The notes: a model not told the origin generated them from the letters alone. 64,000 nucleotides of DNA from Selaginella moellendorffii (GCF_000143415.4 NW_003314308.1:1096654-1160653), one strand, 5' to 3'; counted from the stretch's first letter, positions 1 to 14,098 are shown. A program made the numbers and translations.

Positions 1-18
1 AACTCTTTCTGTGTCTAG

Positions 19-1376
19 GGTAAATCCAGACTTTCCATTGGTACAGAGAGCTTTCTTCCACTGGTTCCGGGTTATGAAGTAAACGCACCAGAGTCTACCA
101 CACAAGACAGGTTTGAAAATTTCATTATCAAATTAATCCTGCAAAGTGTTAATAAGTGTCTCTTGTTTCAGCTTGTACTGCATGGATTATTCTTTGGACC
201 GTGAGAAGGTCCAGGGAAAAATTGTCCTGTGCATGCGAAAGCGTGGTAAAGATACCCTTGCTCAAAGCACTGAGGTGAGGGATGCTGGTGGTGCCGGCAT
301 GATCTTGTATGAAGATGTTAAAGACGAGCAAGAGCTGATGGATTATTGGCATTACGTGCCCTCTATACACATCTCAGCAAAGGATGCTCTCGCAGTATTT
401 TCGTATATGAATTCGTCAAGGTTTGATATTAGTACAATTTAAAACTGTGATTTCTAACTTTTATGTTTTTGTTTTCTAGTAATCCACGAGCATATATTTC
501 TGGATCAGATACAAATTATGGTGCCAAAGATGCTCCCGCCATGCCTGACTTTTCATCTAGAGGCCCTAGCAAGGTTTATCCAGATATTATCAAGGTAATC
601 AGATATTACTTTTTCTCTAATAATAAAAAAACTGGTGATTTGCAGCCGGACATCACAGCACCTGGTGTTGATATTTTAGCAGCATGGCCTCCAAATGTGG
701 ATTTGGGTGAAGGCAGAGGACGTGGAAATTTCAACTTCCAGTCTGGAACTTCAATGTCATGCCCTCATGTTGCTGCTGTGGCTGCACTCTTAAAATCATA
801 CCACCAAGATTGGAGCCCTGCTGCAATTAAATCTGCAATATTAACAACAGGTAAGGTGGTACTTTCAATCAATCACTAAGATAGATTCTTATCATTTTGT
901 ATATCCCAGCTTATATTGGTAATGGGCTCGTGAATGGAACACCAAATGATTTTGGAAGCGGTCATATCAATCCAAACGCGGCAGCACATCCGGGTCTGAT
1001 CTACGATCTTGACTACAACCAAATCCCAGTGAAAGCTTTTGGCGCCAACAAGATCCTGAGCAACCTCAACTTTCCGTCGGTAGGAGTCTCCCGGTTCCAC
1101 ACGAAGTACACCGTGAAGAGGACTGTGACAAATGTCGGAGACGATCGAGCAACGTATCGCGTGACCATCGATCCTCCTCCGGGGATTGCCGTCACGATTA
1201 CTCCACAAGTTTTGGAGTTCACTCGCAAAGGGCAATCCCAATCGTTTCTAGTGGATCTGAGGCTCAAGACGAAGGTGGCGAAGAGCAAGCTCCATCGCGG
1301 ATATATATTTGGCTCCTTTACATGGAAGGATGAGAGGCACACAGTGAGAAGCCCAATTGCCGTGCGCTACGCATAG
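19..1376 (+). CDS. Subtilisin-like serine protease (S8 subtilase), 3' part; 5' end lies outside the window
   Basis: GT-AG exons ~19-110, 172-420, 480-594, 646-850, 910-1376. PA domain (KVQGKIVLC), FSSRGP, PDITAPGVDILAAW, catalytic Ser motif GTSMSCPHV, FGSGHINP, C-terminal Fn3-like domain ending VRSPIAVRYA*. Confidence 0.95.
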
Positions 1377-1446
1377 TTTATCACAAACAAGATCACAAAA
1401 GCCTGGAGCTTCCAAAAATTTCTTTCCAAATTTCTGTGAGATTCTC

Positions 1447-1802
1447 CTACCTCGATCTTAAATCCTCCAAGTATGCGTGTAGCTTTGCCTGAAACTCCTT
1501 GCTCTTCTCAAAGTTCTTCTTCCGCTTGACGGCTTTCTACCAGAACCAAATTGGAAACCATGGCAGGCCATTCGAGCGTCAAAAAATTAAAGACACAAAC
1601 CTCTTCTTGCAAGCAGCGCACCAGCTCGAGCTTGAGATCGTTGCATTTCCCCCAAAACTTGGCCGCAGGGTGATCCTCGTGGCAGCGCAGGAACAATGTG
1701 ATGATCTGAGGAAGAAAAACCCTATGGGCTGATCGAATCGATTCATGTATCGCTCACCTCGGTGCAGAGCGGATGCTTGTGAAGAACGAGTGGAGGATGC
1801 AT
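1447..1802 (-). CDS. Twin CX9C mitochondrial COX-assembly protein (Cmc1/CMC2 family)
   Basis: Three exons (~1802-1758, 1707-1601, 1537-1447) give MHPPLVLHKHPLCTEIITLFLRCHEDHPAAKFWGKCNDLKLELVRCLQEEKAVKRKKNFEKSK..., with two CX9C motifs and the CMC2-type MHP...KFxGxCN pattern. Confidence 0.85.
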
Positions 1803-2193
1803 TTGCTCACAAGCCCTAATTCTCCCACACGAAATTAATGTGAGCCGTTGGATGTAAACACAGAATATCCTAGACACTTGGTTTTTTCTCGATGAGCAAG
1901 ATTTAAGGATTGCTAGAGCGATTTGATCAGTGAAAAAAACTACCAGGTAAGAGAGTGTGGATATATGTGCTCCAATTTAGCACGAAGCTTTGGATTCTTG
2001 AAGAAGCAGACGAGGAAAAGGTCGATTTTTTCGTACTGAGGCTCACACTTTCGAGGCAAAGAAATCTGTGGTAGCGCAAGAGCACGGTGATAATCTGAGA
2101 GATCGGAGTAAGAAGCTGGTAAGATCAACTCAAAGTCGCTTACCTCGGCGCACTGCCGTTGATTGTATGGGACGGGAATCATCACATATCATT

Positions 2194-4352
<2,159 letters not shown>

Positions 4353-4507
4353 TCAGCTGAAATCCCGCCCCTGGCGCTTCCACACGAGCCCCAAACCCTA
4401 GAAGAAACAAGAATATGCCACACCCATATCCGACGGCCGTGATGCCGCCACGCCGCCCATGATACAAACGCGAATATCCGGAGCGTACACTGGAGCCATT
4501 AATCGGA

Positions 4508-4845
4508 TTTGAGGCGTCTTTGAGATCCGTGGAAGAATTTTTTTGAAAATTTGAATCTCCTGTCATTGCCCTTTGTTGTGTGTGCCGGAGAGGAAAGGAA
4601 TGGCGCTGGGGCGCGCCCTTAGGAGGGACGCCGCGAGGATCCAGGCGATGGAGGCGCCGTGAGGCTGGATGCGCCGCGCGAGGTGAGGAAAAGGCTTTTG
4701 GCCGGGGGAGCGCCAGGTTTTTGGCGCCGGGGCTCCAAAACCCTCGATCGCCCCTGTCCCATCCTAGGTTAAGATTCCCGCTCGCAGCATCGGTGGAGCT
4801 GGGGCGCCGGGGCTGGATCTAGCAGAGGGTTTTGGGATTTTCGAA
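4508..4845 (+). promoter_or_regulatory. Candidate CHR (TTTGAA) and E2F sites in the divergent SnRK1/TCX promoter and 5' region
   Basis: TTTGAA at 4542-4547 and 4550-4555, TTCGAA 4840-4845, TTTGGCGC 4720-4727, ATTCCCGC 4774-4781. Short motifs; function is inferred. Confidence 0.4.
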
Positions 4846-4959
4846 TAGCCGCCTTTTTCTTCGTGTGGAGATTCCAAGCTTTTTAGACGCATTAGGGGCA
4901 GGAGCGGGGGAATAGTGGGCGCAAAGAAACGATAGAGCCGACCATTTTAGAGGGCGACC

Positions 4960-6921
4960 ATGCAGCTAAATGGGATTAAGGCCGACCAGTTTGACAAGGA
5001 TGAGAAACCTGGTAAGTCCCTTTTGCTTTGTGTTTTCTTTTCACTGGTTCTTTGTCTTGGGAGAACAGTGATCCCAGCGCACCTTGATATGAATGGTAGC
5101 AGCCTCGTTACTATGCAAGGCCCGGGAAAGCTTCCACTCTACTCGAGCTCGAGGTACATAGTCTGTTGGGCTTCTTAGTTTCATTCTTGAGTTTTCTGGT
5201 TTTATTTTTCTTTTTCCTTCTTGGATAGATTGTCAAGAACATCGCAGGCGTTACCGTCGTCACAAGTCCCGCCTGCTCAACCTGGAGAACCTGGTCGTAA
5301 GCCAGTTCGGCAGCTCAACTTTTCCTCCATGTAAGAGCATTTTGCCTTCTAGTTTTAAGACGATGGCTGATCCTAGTTCTTATAGACTACCAAGGCCGCC
5401 GGTCTACGAGCTCAAAGAAGTTGCGGCCAAGAAGTGCAAGCAGTGCAATTGTAAAAACACTCGGTGCTTGAAGCTGTAAGTTCATCTATTGTTTTTCGTC
5501 GCTTGTACAAGTACTGAAAGAGTTTTCCTTTTTTACATCAGGTATTGTGAGTGCTTTGCCTCTGGGACTTATTGTGATGGTTGCAATTGCCTTAACTGTT
5601 GCAATAACGTCGAGAACGAGGCAGTAAGACAAGAGGCAGTGGAGGTAACTTTGGAACGAAATCCAAATGCTTTCAGGCCTAAAATTGCAAACACGCAACA
5701 TGCGATTCGCGACAGTGCGGTAAGTGCCTCGGGCATAGATTCAAATTCGTTTATAACTGGTTGTCTTACAGGACGACATGAGATTGGGAAAACATAACAA
5801 AGGATGCAACTGCAAAAAGTCTGGGTGCTTGAAGAAGTATTGCGAATGTTTTCAGGCCAACATTTTGTGCTCAGACAACTGCAAGTGTGTCGACTGCAAG
5901 AACTACGACAGCAGCGACGAGAGAAGAGCACTATATCAGCCAGATTACAGCCAAAGTACATACCACGGAGGACCACCTCCCTATACAACCTCTGCAACGG
6001 GCTCACTGGCCTGCGTCTCTTCTTCTCCCATGCCTGCAAAGAAGAGAAGGACAAGCGACCTTGTCTTTGTTGGCGAGAGTCTGAAAGTGCAGCAACCAAT
6101 TTACAGAACGTTACAAGGAATCCAGGTACGGTACTTAGCCAGTATCGAGATTTTCAATCCTAATGCTTAAACCTGTTTTGCTGCAGGACGCAAAGCTTTC
6201 TGGTTCCATGCTCCCTCCAAACTCATCCCTTTCGGCAAAAACCATTCAAACGTACGGCCGTTTTTCTTTTCCTTTTTCTCTTGGCATTAATTTATTCCTA
6301 CGTTCCTTGCGTAGTTCTCTCTTGGCAGGCGTAGTACAACCAGAGACAGTTTCTGATCTTTGCAATCTTCTGGTCATGGCGTCCGCTGAGGCTGCTAAAG
6401 CGATGATCGGTAACACTATTTATGCAAGCTTGCAATGCACCGTTCTTATATCTTTCTTTGGCTTGCAGCCTCTGGCCCTGTCTCGAAGAGGCCTGCGGAA
6501 AATGGACAAGAGGCTGGCTCTGGACAGGGTGACGAAGATATCCGAGAAAAGCGACCAATGTCACCGGGAACACTAGCGCTGATGTGCGACGAGCAGGATC
6601 CACTCTTCACCCCGGCCACGCACGGGGACTACGACAAAGAGCTGGCTGCCGAGCAAGAGCGTCTCATTCTCGAAGAGTTTCGTGACTGCCTCCGGAAGAT
6701 CATCACTGTCGGCAGGAAGCGAGGTACACTGCTGAAGTTCTCACAAACTTTGGTTTTAAACTTTCCTTTTTCCATTTGCAGCCACTCTATTATCTACAGA
6801 AGCCGCAAGGAGCGAGCTTTTGGCAGCGACTCTTCAAAAGAATCGCGAGTCCCCGGGTGTAGCAGCACAGGCAGATAGTCCTGCTTGGACACAAGATAAG
6901 AAACCCACTGTAAACGGCTAA
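4960..6921 (+). CDS. Tesmin/TSO1-like CXC (CPP/TCX, LIN54-like) DNA-binding protein
   Basis: CXC1 [35 protein letters not shown], hinge [12 protein letters not shown]2 [22 protein letters not shown]-terminal [14 protein letters not shown] motif. About 10 GT-AG exons; last exon 6782-6921. Start codon is less certain. Confidence 0.93.
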
Positions 6922-7033
6922 ACTCATTCTTTTTTTCTCTGTTAATTCGATTCCAGTCGAGTTTTCTATAGCGACTTGGTCTTGAAATTATTCAAGTGAT
7001 CGTTTCCATAAATAAGAACACACAAGGAGTGAA

Positions 7034-8547
7034 TCACGGCTCTGGCTGCATCTTCTCCGTTTCCTCTCTGATCGACTGGAACAAGACCGACGAGAGGTAA
7101 CGTTCGCCAAAGCTTGGAAGAATCACCTGCATTGTACGCTCTCAATATCATCTCCAGAATGGCAACTAGTACACAACTTACCACAATGAGCTTGTTCTCA
7201 TTCTCGGGTCTCTTCGCAATCTGGATCGCAGCTGCAACAGCAGCTCCAGATGAAATACCAACGAGCAGTCCTTCCTTGAGAGCAAGCTGCTTTGCCATCT
7301 CGACTGCGTCGTTGCTAGAGATCTCCACGACCTCGTCGAGAATTCCGACTTCCAAGATCCCGGGAATAAATCCAGCTCCCATTCCTTGAATCTTGTGAGG
7401 TCCTGCAAGGTGAGAAAATGGACGAGGTGGTGATTAAAATGCACAGAATTGACAACCAAATACCTGGTTTGCCACCGGATAAGACGTTGCTCTCAGTTGG
7501 CTCCACACCAACAATCTGAAACTCTTGCATGAAAAACCAAAAGCTAGAGAGACGATTGCTTCCTTACTTTGATATTCGGGTTCTTGTCCTTGAGATATCG
7601 TCCAGCACCAGTCACAGTACCGCCAGTTCCAATCCCCGAAACAAAAAAATCGATTTTTCCTCGGGTGTCTTCCCAGACCTCTGGTCCCGTGGTTTCAAAG
7701 TGAATCTGTAGCAAAAGAGAAGAGAAAGTTATGTGGTAGAAAAGAATTGATAATATCTTACTTTCGGATTAGCTGGGTTCTCAAATTGCTGAAGCATGTA
7801 CGCATTTGGTGTCTTGCTCACAATCTCTTCAGCCTTTGAGACAGCTCCCTTCATGCCTTTGGCAGGATCAGTGAGAACCAGCTCGGCTCCAAATGCCTTG
7901 AGTAGAACTCGGCGTTCCATGCTCATCGATGCGGGCATGGTGAGGATGAGCTTGTAGCCCTTGGCCGCAGCGATGAACGCCAGACCAATCCCAGTGTTTC
8001 CACTCGTAGGCTCCACGAGAACGCTCTACAGGAAACAAACAGGAGAGCCAACCAAGTTTGGACGAGAAGACCAAGAAATTTTGTTTGTTTTCTACCTTTC
8101 CAGGAGAAATGGCACCTTTGGCCTCGGCATCGGAGATCATGCTCAATCCAATTCGGTCCTTGACACTGCAGCAAGGCTCCATGATCTCCAATTTCGCAGC
8201 GATGTTCGCGACGCATCCTTCCACCACGCTGTTGAGATAAACCATCGGCGTCTTCCCAATCAGCTAGAGACAAAGAAGTCAAACAAAGAAAAAATTGGAT
8301 GAGATAATGCAAGCAAGAATGCCACGATCCAAGAAATTGGTACCTGGGTGACATCCTCGGCGATGTTGAGGCCGCCCTCACCCGCGGCCGGAGCTGGATC
8401 CTTGGCCAGGCTAGCCCGCAGATTACCTCCTGGAAATGCCGATCGGAGCGCCGGCGATGCGCGGCGCCTCAACACGCCGGGCGGCGCCGCCACGCCGTCG
8501 CCGTTGCCAACGCCTAGCGCCTTCAATCCGGTGTCCATCGCTGCCAT
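7034..8547 (-). CDS. Cysteine synthase / O-acetylserine(thiol)lyase, organellar type with N-terminal transit-like extension
   Basis: [22 protein letters not shown]-lysine motif [53 protein letters not shown]. Start is ATG 8547 or 8595; the TATA-like motif near 8606 favours 8547. Confidence 0.96.
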
Positions 8548-8630
8548 GGATTGCTCGCCCTGGAGACCGTGACCCTTGGAGAGCTCTTGGGCCATGGCAA
8601 GCGCTTATAAAGCGCCCAAACAAGAAACTT

Positions 8631-8726
8631 GAATAGAATTTGCCCTGCGCTTTCGAAAACATTGAGGCACGACTTAGCGAAATATTCCCTTCCAATAGAA
8701 TGTTCTTACAAAGAATATCCATATTC
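8631..8726 (+). repeat. ~90-bp promoter-like segment repeated at ~21690-21765 and ~41268-41340 (upstream of the OTU copies)
   Basis: gccctgcgctttcgaaaacattgaggcacgac...cccttccaatag matches 21700 gccctgcgccttcgaaaaaacttgaggcacga...cccttccaata and 41269 cctgcactttcgaaaaaattgaggtacaac...cccttccaatag. Confidence 0.85.
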
Positions 8727-9379
8727 TTTGATAAGAAAATGCCATCTTCTGGTCGTGAAGGCGGAGGGAGAGGTCGTTTGCAATGCCATCTTGCACGTCA
8801 ATTTGTTAGATTTATTAATTATTGAGGCATCTCTCAGCCCCAATCATGGCTCACTTTTACACTCTAAAGAGCTCAAACACAAAGCAAATAGGGTGGAAAC
8901 TTAATCTGGTATTTCACCCTCCTTTCAACACTCACAGAACTTTTGGGGTCACTAGATTTCCTTAGCAGGTGTGTTCGAGCACTGGAATGCACTATAGCAC
9001 ACAAGACACACCAAGGAAACAATGGTGAAACTCTCACCACAGGATATTGCAAGCCTCAAACCAAACACACAAAGATATGGAAGTTGTTATCATACTTTTA
9101 AATATGTTGGTAGACACCTTAGGTGAGGCCTAGCCTGCCTCATGATTTCTCAACGCTAGCTTACATATTGCCTATGCCATCATCCTCCATACTCACTTGG
9201 ATCCTAATCACAAATGCCCAATTCCAAATCCCTCTTGGGCATCATTGAAGATAGCCAAACCCTATACCACAAATTTTGTTGAGCTGGAGCTGACGGCACT
9301 AGCACTGTCTTTGATTGCAACACAGCGTTCTTCCTAAGACTGAAATTTCCCAGCCAAGGCTTCACTCAGACGGCCAAAG

Positions 9380-10910
9380 ACGGTTCTTCCTGAATGGCTC
9401 AGCCTGTCTGTCGCAAACCCCAGCTCATCGCCGGTTTTGTTCTACTCCAAGCTCTCTCAGCTCCAGTTCCTGTCGAGATTGTTCCACAGCAACGACAGGA
9501 GGCTCCGCAGGAGCTTGATGGATCTGCAGAGTGGTATTTCTCAAAGATACATACACAGCATGACTGCTTGCATTTCTTTTCCTCCCGCCTAGAGTTACTT
9601 AGCAGGCTACGGGTTGTAGACGCAGACAGTTCCTGAAGGCGGGCGTCCTGAAGTACTTGAAACGAGATGATGCTCCTCTTCCTCGGTCCCTGTTCTTACG
9701 GGCTGTAGATGCAGACTGCCTGGACATTGAGGTGGTGCACGCTTGTTGGAAGTTCCAGCCAGTTATGACGCTTGAGATGGAGAGCAACAGGCTTTTCCAG
9801 CATCGAGCACGTCACCGCGCGCATGACTAGCAGATCGCCACCTTGTAGAGGCCAGTCGACCAAGTATGCTGGACACTGTACTGTCTCGTCCTCTGCAAAC
9901 TGGAACTGGTCCAGGGTTGCCCACGCTACCGGATTCCAGTGACGCCCGCCGCCTTCTTCTTCCAGCTCCAGCAATACAATGGCCCCGTCGCACTGGCCAA
10001 GCACCATCAGCTTGTGCCCGTACCGGAACGGATCCACTCTACAGTAAGAGTAGCGGCCTTGAAGACCCTGTGGCAGCGGGAAGTCGTTCCAAGCTTTGGC
10101 ACCGGGAATTGGAATTGCAGTCCAGGCCTTAGAGCGAGTATCATAAGCTTGCAACCTGCTACCTGGAAAGATGAGGTCCCCGGTAAGATCAGCCGTCAGT
10201 ATGCCGCTATTAGTGGACTCGTTCCAGACTTGGGAGCTCGAGTGCCAAGTATAAACGGTGAAACGTCCAGATCGTATGCGCCTGCAGAGCACGTGAATGC
10301 TGAAGTGCTCCTGGTCGCCTCTCATTTCCAGCTTAACCTGACCCCAGGTGTGCGCCATGACAGGAGAGTTGCTATCGCGCTCTACGGCGGCCATGTTGAG
10401 AGCGGGGAGCTCATGTTGAAATCCGGTGCGAGGATTGCAAACGGCCACCCGCAACTTCCATCGGTAGAGCGAGTCAGACAAGATGTCGTTCCTGTGAAAG
10501 CCACACAGCATGCCCGAGGATGAGGCCATAGGAATGAAGCCCGGGGGCAACAGCCTGTTTGACACCACTCCTACCAGCTGCTCCTCTGGATACCAGGCCA
10601 GCACAGGCGGCCATGAGAGCCTGTCTTGGAACCTGCCATGAGACCCTGTCATGAGCAAAAGGACGCACTCCTTCCCTTTGGCTAAGATGTCCAGCTTTGG
10701 CAGATCGCTCAAGATACTGATTTCCGACGCCTTGAAGCCTCTATGATGTCGCCTCACCTTGCTGCTCTTCCTCGGCTTAGCGCCGTCCGCCATGCTGCTC
10801 CTCTTCATTGCAAACCCTAAGGGAATGAGCAGTTTATAAACTTTTTTGAATACCTAGTGTTGCCATAAATAATTATATTACCTCAGGGGGGGGCAATTGG
10901 AATCAAATTT
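9380..10910 (+). repeat. Segmental duplication copy A (copy B at ~19520-21070; 11950-12180 also matches 21105-21335)
   Basis: Long near-identical stretches, e.g. 9680-10800 versus 19865-20975. Confidence 0.95.
9696..10808 (-). CDS. Intronless 370-aa protein resembling a plant F-box-associated (kelch-like) propeller, with the F-box truncated or absent
   Basis: Open ORF with PMASSSGMLC...VAVCNPRTGFQHELP, VYTWHSSSQVW and QAYDTRSKAWTAI motifs typical of plant F-box C-terminal domains. Only SDLPKLDILAK resembles the start of an F-box. Confidence 0.6.
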   Translation of the reverse strand: MKRSSMADGAKPRKSSKVRRHHRGFKASEISILSDLPKLDILAKGKECVLLLMTGSHGRFQDRLSWPPVLAWYPEEQLVGVVSNRLLPPGFIPMASSSGMLCGFHRNDILSDSLYRWKLRVAVCNPRTGFQHELPALNMAAVERDSNSPVMAHTWGQVKLEMRGDQEHFSIHVLCRRIRSGRFTVYTWHSSSQVWNESTNSGILTADLTGDLIFPGSRLQAYDTRSKAWTAIPIPGAKAWNDFPLPQGLQGRYSYCRVDPFRYGHKLMVLGQCDGAIVLLELEEEGGGRHWNPVAWATLDQFQFAEDETVQCPAYLVDWPLQGGDLLVMRAVTCSMLEKPVALHLKRHNWLELPTSVHHLNVQAVCIYSP

Positions 10911-11557
10911 GATACCAACTAGAATGGTCAACGGGCGATTTCAAACTTCAAGCTCAGACATTGGAGCGTCCTAATACCAGCTAGCCACCATGGCTTTCAC
11001 AATCTTGTTTTGAACTCATTCGCTTTCACTAGAATACCCTGCAAACCATTATAAACATGAAAAATGTGTGAAGTACTCACCATAGTTCGCACTACTGAAA
11101 CACTGTCCCTCTTCTTTCGGGTGCCTAATCATCCATTGCCTCTGATATCCTCCCTTCGCTCCACATCGAAAAGCTGATCATAATAAGCGCTTGTACTCTC
11201 AGGAAAGTGTCCAGTCCTCTCTCATCCTTTCTCCATTGCTTGGTTTCTGGCTGCCAAGTTAGCTATCTGTCACTTGCGGCATCAAAAGATCACAACAAAA
11301 CTTGCCTCACCTCGCTGACAGCCATCTCAATCCATTCCCATTTTGCTCGAACTTTGGCGCTACTATGGTCGATCGAGTTGGCTTGGCCGCAGGAGTGGCT
11401 TTCATCGCTCCTTCCGCTCAAACTCATCAGATTTTTTCCCCAACCTCAGCCACCAGATAAGTCATTGCCTGGACAGATGCTCTAAAGCGACGCAAAGTGA
11501 ATAGAGTCCCTAGAACGAAAGGCATGCTGCTCAGAGAATACCTCGAGATAAAGGGAC

Positions 11558-11745
11558 GAGCTTGCGAGCTGTGCTTACAGCTTTGTACACTGCCAGCTCG
11601 TCGTTTCCGTCAACTCTGATGCTTGTCATGCAATAGCCTCGGCCTCTCACCGCTATTCCATTGCCTGGAGCATTCAAGAAGTTGTCAAGCAAACTAGATG
11701 GATAGAGTGCTTGCCTTTGTACTGCGCGAATGAACACGTGAGCGC
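11558..11745 (-). pseudogene. Fragment of branched-chain 2-oxoacid dehydrogenase E1 alpha
   Basis: ...FAQYKG|NGIAVRGRGYCMTSIRVDGNDELAVYKAVSTARKL matches the E1-alpha EQYRGDGIA...RVDGNDxLAVY region. Joined across a short GC-AG-like intron (~11714-11665). The rest of the gene is missing. Confidence 0.75.
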
Positions 11746-12204
11746 TCTTCTTGACCTCAATAGTAGGATCTGTCTGGTCCACCTGGCATGCAGGAAGTGG
11801 AAAACAAGAATATAAGGAAATAAAAAATAAAAAAATGTAAATAACCATACTTGCAGAAGTAACCGTTCTCTGAAACAGCGGTCTCGCTGCTACTTGCGAG
11901 CAGGAAAACCAGCCTTAGTTAGCTTTCGATCCTGGTAGCGTTCTTCTAAAAAACCACCAGTCACTACTAACCCTCTAAAGAATGAGGTTGATAGACAGTG
12001 GTGGAGACACCAATGTCTTTTAGAAGATTCACGATGCCTTTCGAGGCCATCATGGATTCTGGGGCTCTAAATCCCCAGAAAAGGACGACCAGAGGAAGGA
12101 GGAAAGTGGACAAGCCGAACCTGCTCATGATCAAGTTGCTGCTGCTGCTGCTGACGTATCTTTAAAGGCTGGAGAATTACCACATTTTACTCGTTTATTT
12201 TGTT

Positions 12205-14098
12205 AGGATGACCACGGGAATCTCTTGGTGACTGAGTTTAACCATCAAGTCTTGTCGATTCAAGAAATGCCACAGCTTCCGTGCTCTGTGGATGTTATAG
12301 TAGAGGATGATCTTGTCGATGTTTGCAAGCCAGGTGAGCTTGTTTCTATCATCTAATCTAAAGGGGGCATCAACGGTGTTTTCAGGTGAGACTCTCCAGC
12401 TGACAAAGCTGCTTATGCTCCACAAATGAATATCTCAAAAATATTCGAACCATTGGAAACAGAGAGGATTCGTTTAATTCACTTGCGGAGTCGCTTGCAC
12501 CTTCAACATGTGGTCATTCCCTGATCAAGAAAGCCATGCTTCTTTTGCTTATCGGTGGACTGGATCTAGAAATGGCACGCATACGTGGGTGAGCATCTCG
12601 TACGGAACGCTATATAGTTTCTCTAAGGTTATTTTGTTGCAGTGACATCAGTGTCCTCCTGGTTGGGGACCCTTGTTACGAGCAATTATGAGCATTGCAC
12701 CATTTGCAATTTCTACTACTGCCCAAGGATCGTCTCAGCTGCTGTAACATCCGATCAAGAGACTGGTAGGCCTTTTTAATGTTTTCTCAAAACTTGTGGC
12801 TTGACTCTTTTCATCCTCAGGTGAAAGACGCCTTGAAGCAGGAGCAATGATGCTGGCGGAAGGTCCGTGGTCTGTATAGACGAGTTTGACAAACTGAGCG
12901 ACATTCATCACGTTGCCATTAAGGTATGGAACAACAAACAGTCACGATAGCCAAGGCTCGTTGCAGTGTCGTGGCTGCAGCGAATCCTATCTATGGAACT
13001 GTAAGTCTTGAACGCAATACTGCAGTATGATCGATCACTTACTCCTACAAATACTATCGGGCTTCCGGACTCTACTGTCACGATTCGACTTATTGTTTAT
13101 TGTGCTTGATCAAATGGATGCAGATAGTGACCGCCAAATTTCTGAGCAATGCACCGTTTTCGAGCACCCGGCGAAGGCGGAGGTAAATAGCGAGGCCAGT
13201 ATTTTTTGGAATAATGACGGTGGCTTTTCAGGTCTGCCAGGCGGTGCTGCAAGAAATGTCGAGGATGATGAGCATGAACTAGGGACTACGATATTTGTGA
13301 AGTATAATCGTTTCCTGCACGGGGCAAACAAGTTTTTGAAGTTCATAAATTCTGCCAAGACTCACGAACCAAAGCTAACTGAATGAAGAGGTAAGTCTCT
13401 CCCTCTGGCGTCGTTGGTACTTTGATTCGCATGCTTTGCAGGCCTTACGCAACTATGCGAATTCGTAGTTCTGACTTACGTGAATAACTGGGTTCACTCT
13501 CCCATGTTTTCTCCAGATATGAGGCACTTTGCCAAGCATGCTTGAGACCATGGTACGTCTTTGAACAGCACACTCAAAGCTCAAGTCAAGTATGGTGTTT
13601 ATTCCTCACGAATGACATGATAACTTCGTGTCTCTTTTTTGCAGGTGCTGAAGGAGGACTTGAAAGCAGCTCTAAGAGTAATGAGATTTGCTACATATGA
13701 CGAAGAGCTAAACGAGATGGAAAAGCGAGAGAGGAACGAAAACAGGATGCGGAACAGAAAAGCCCCAGGTACACAGAGGTATGTTTGATCAGTCCTTATC
13801 TGCTCTTTTGCAGGTGGCACAGCTGAGCCTCCAATAACAAGGTCCATTTTATTCACATTTAGGAGTATTATTATCAGTGCCGAACTATTCTTTTCCCAGT
13901 GATTGGAGACGCCACAGACACTCCTCAAAGCGTTCAAGCTCCAGAAGATGTCACGGTGTCACAATTCTCAAAGATGGTTCGTTTGAAAGGTTGTTGTTTA
14001 TCTATGTTTCCAGGATTGACGAGTTTAATCCCAAACTAGGACAACATCTCCAGTTCAATTGATTGGAGTGCATCTCACGAAGGATGGCACCATTCTCA
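12205..14098 (+). pseudogene. MCM3: MCM3 replicative helicase subunit pseudogene (intron-containing, 5'-truncated, frameshifted)
   Basis: [116 protein letters not shown]. Many short deletions and stops. Confidence 0.9.

Noticed and set aside
9315-9690. Small plus-strand ORFs with splice-like signals, duplicated at 19530-19870
   Set aside because: Frames are not conserved between the two copies.
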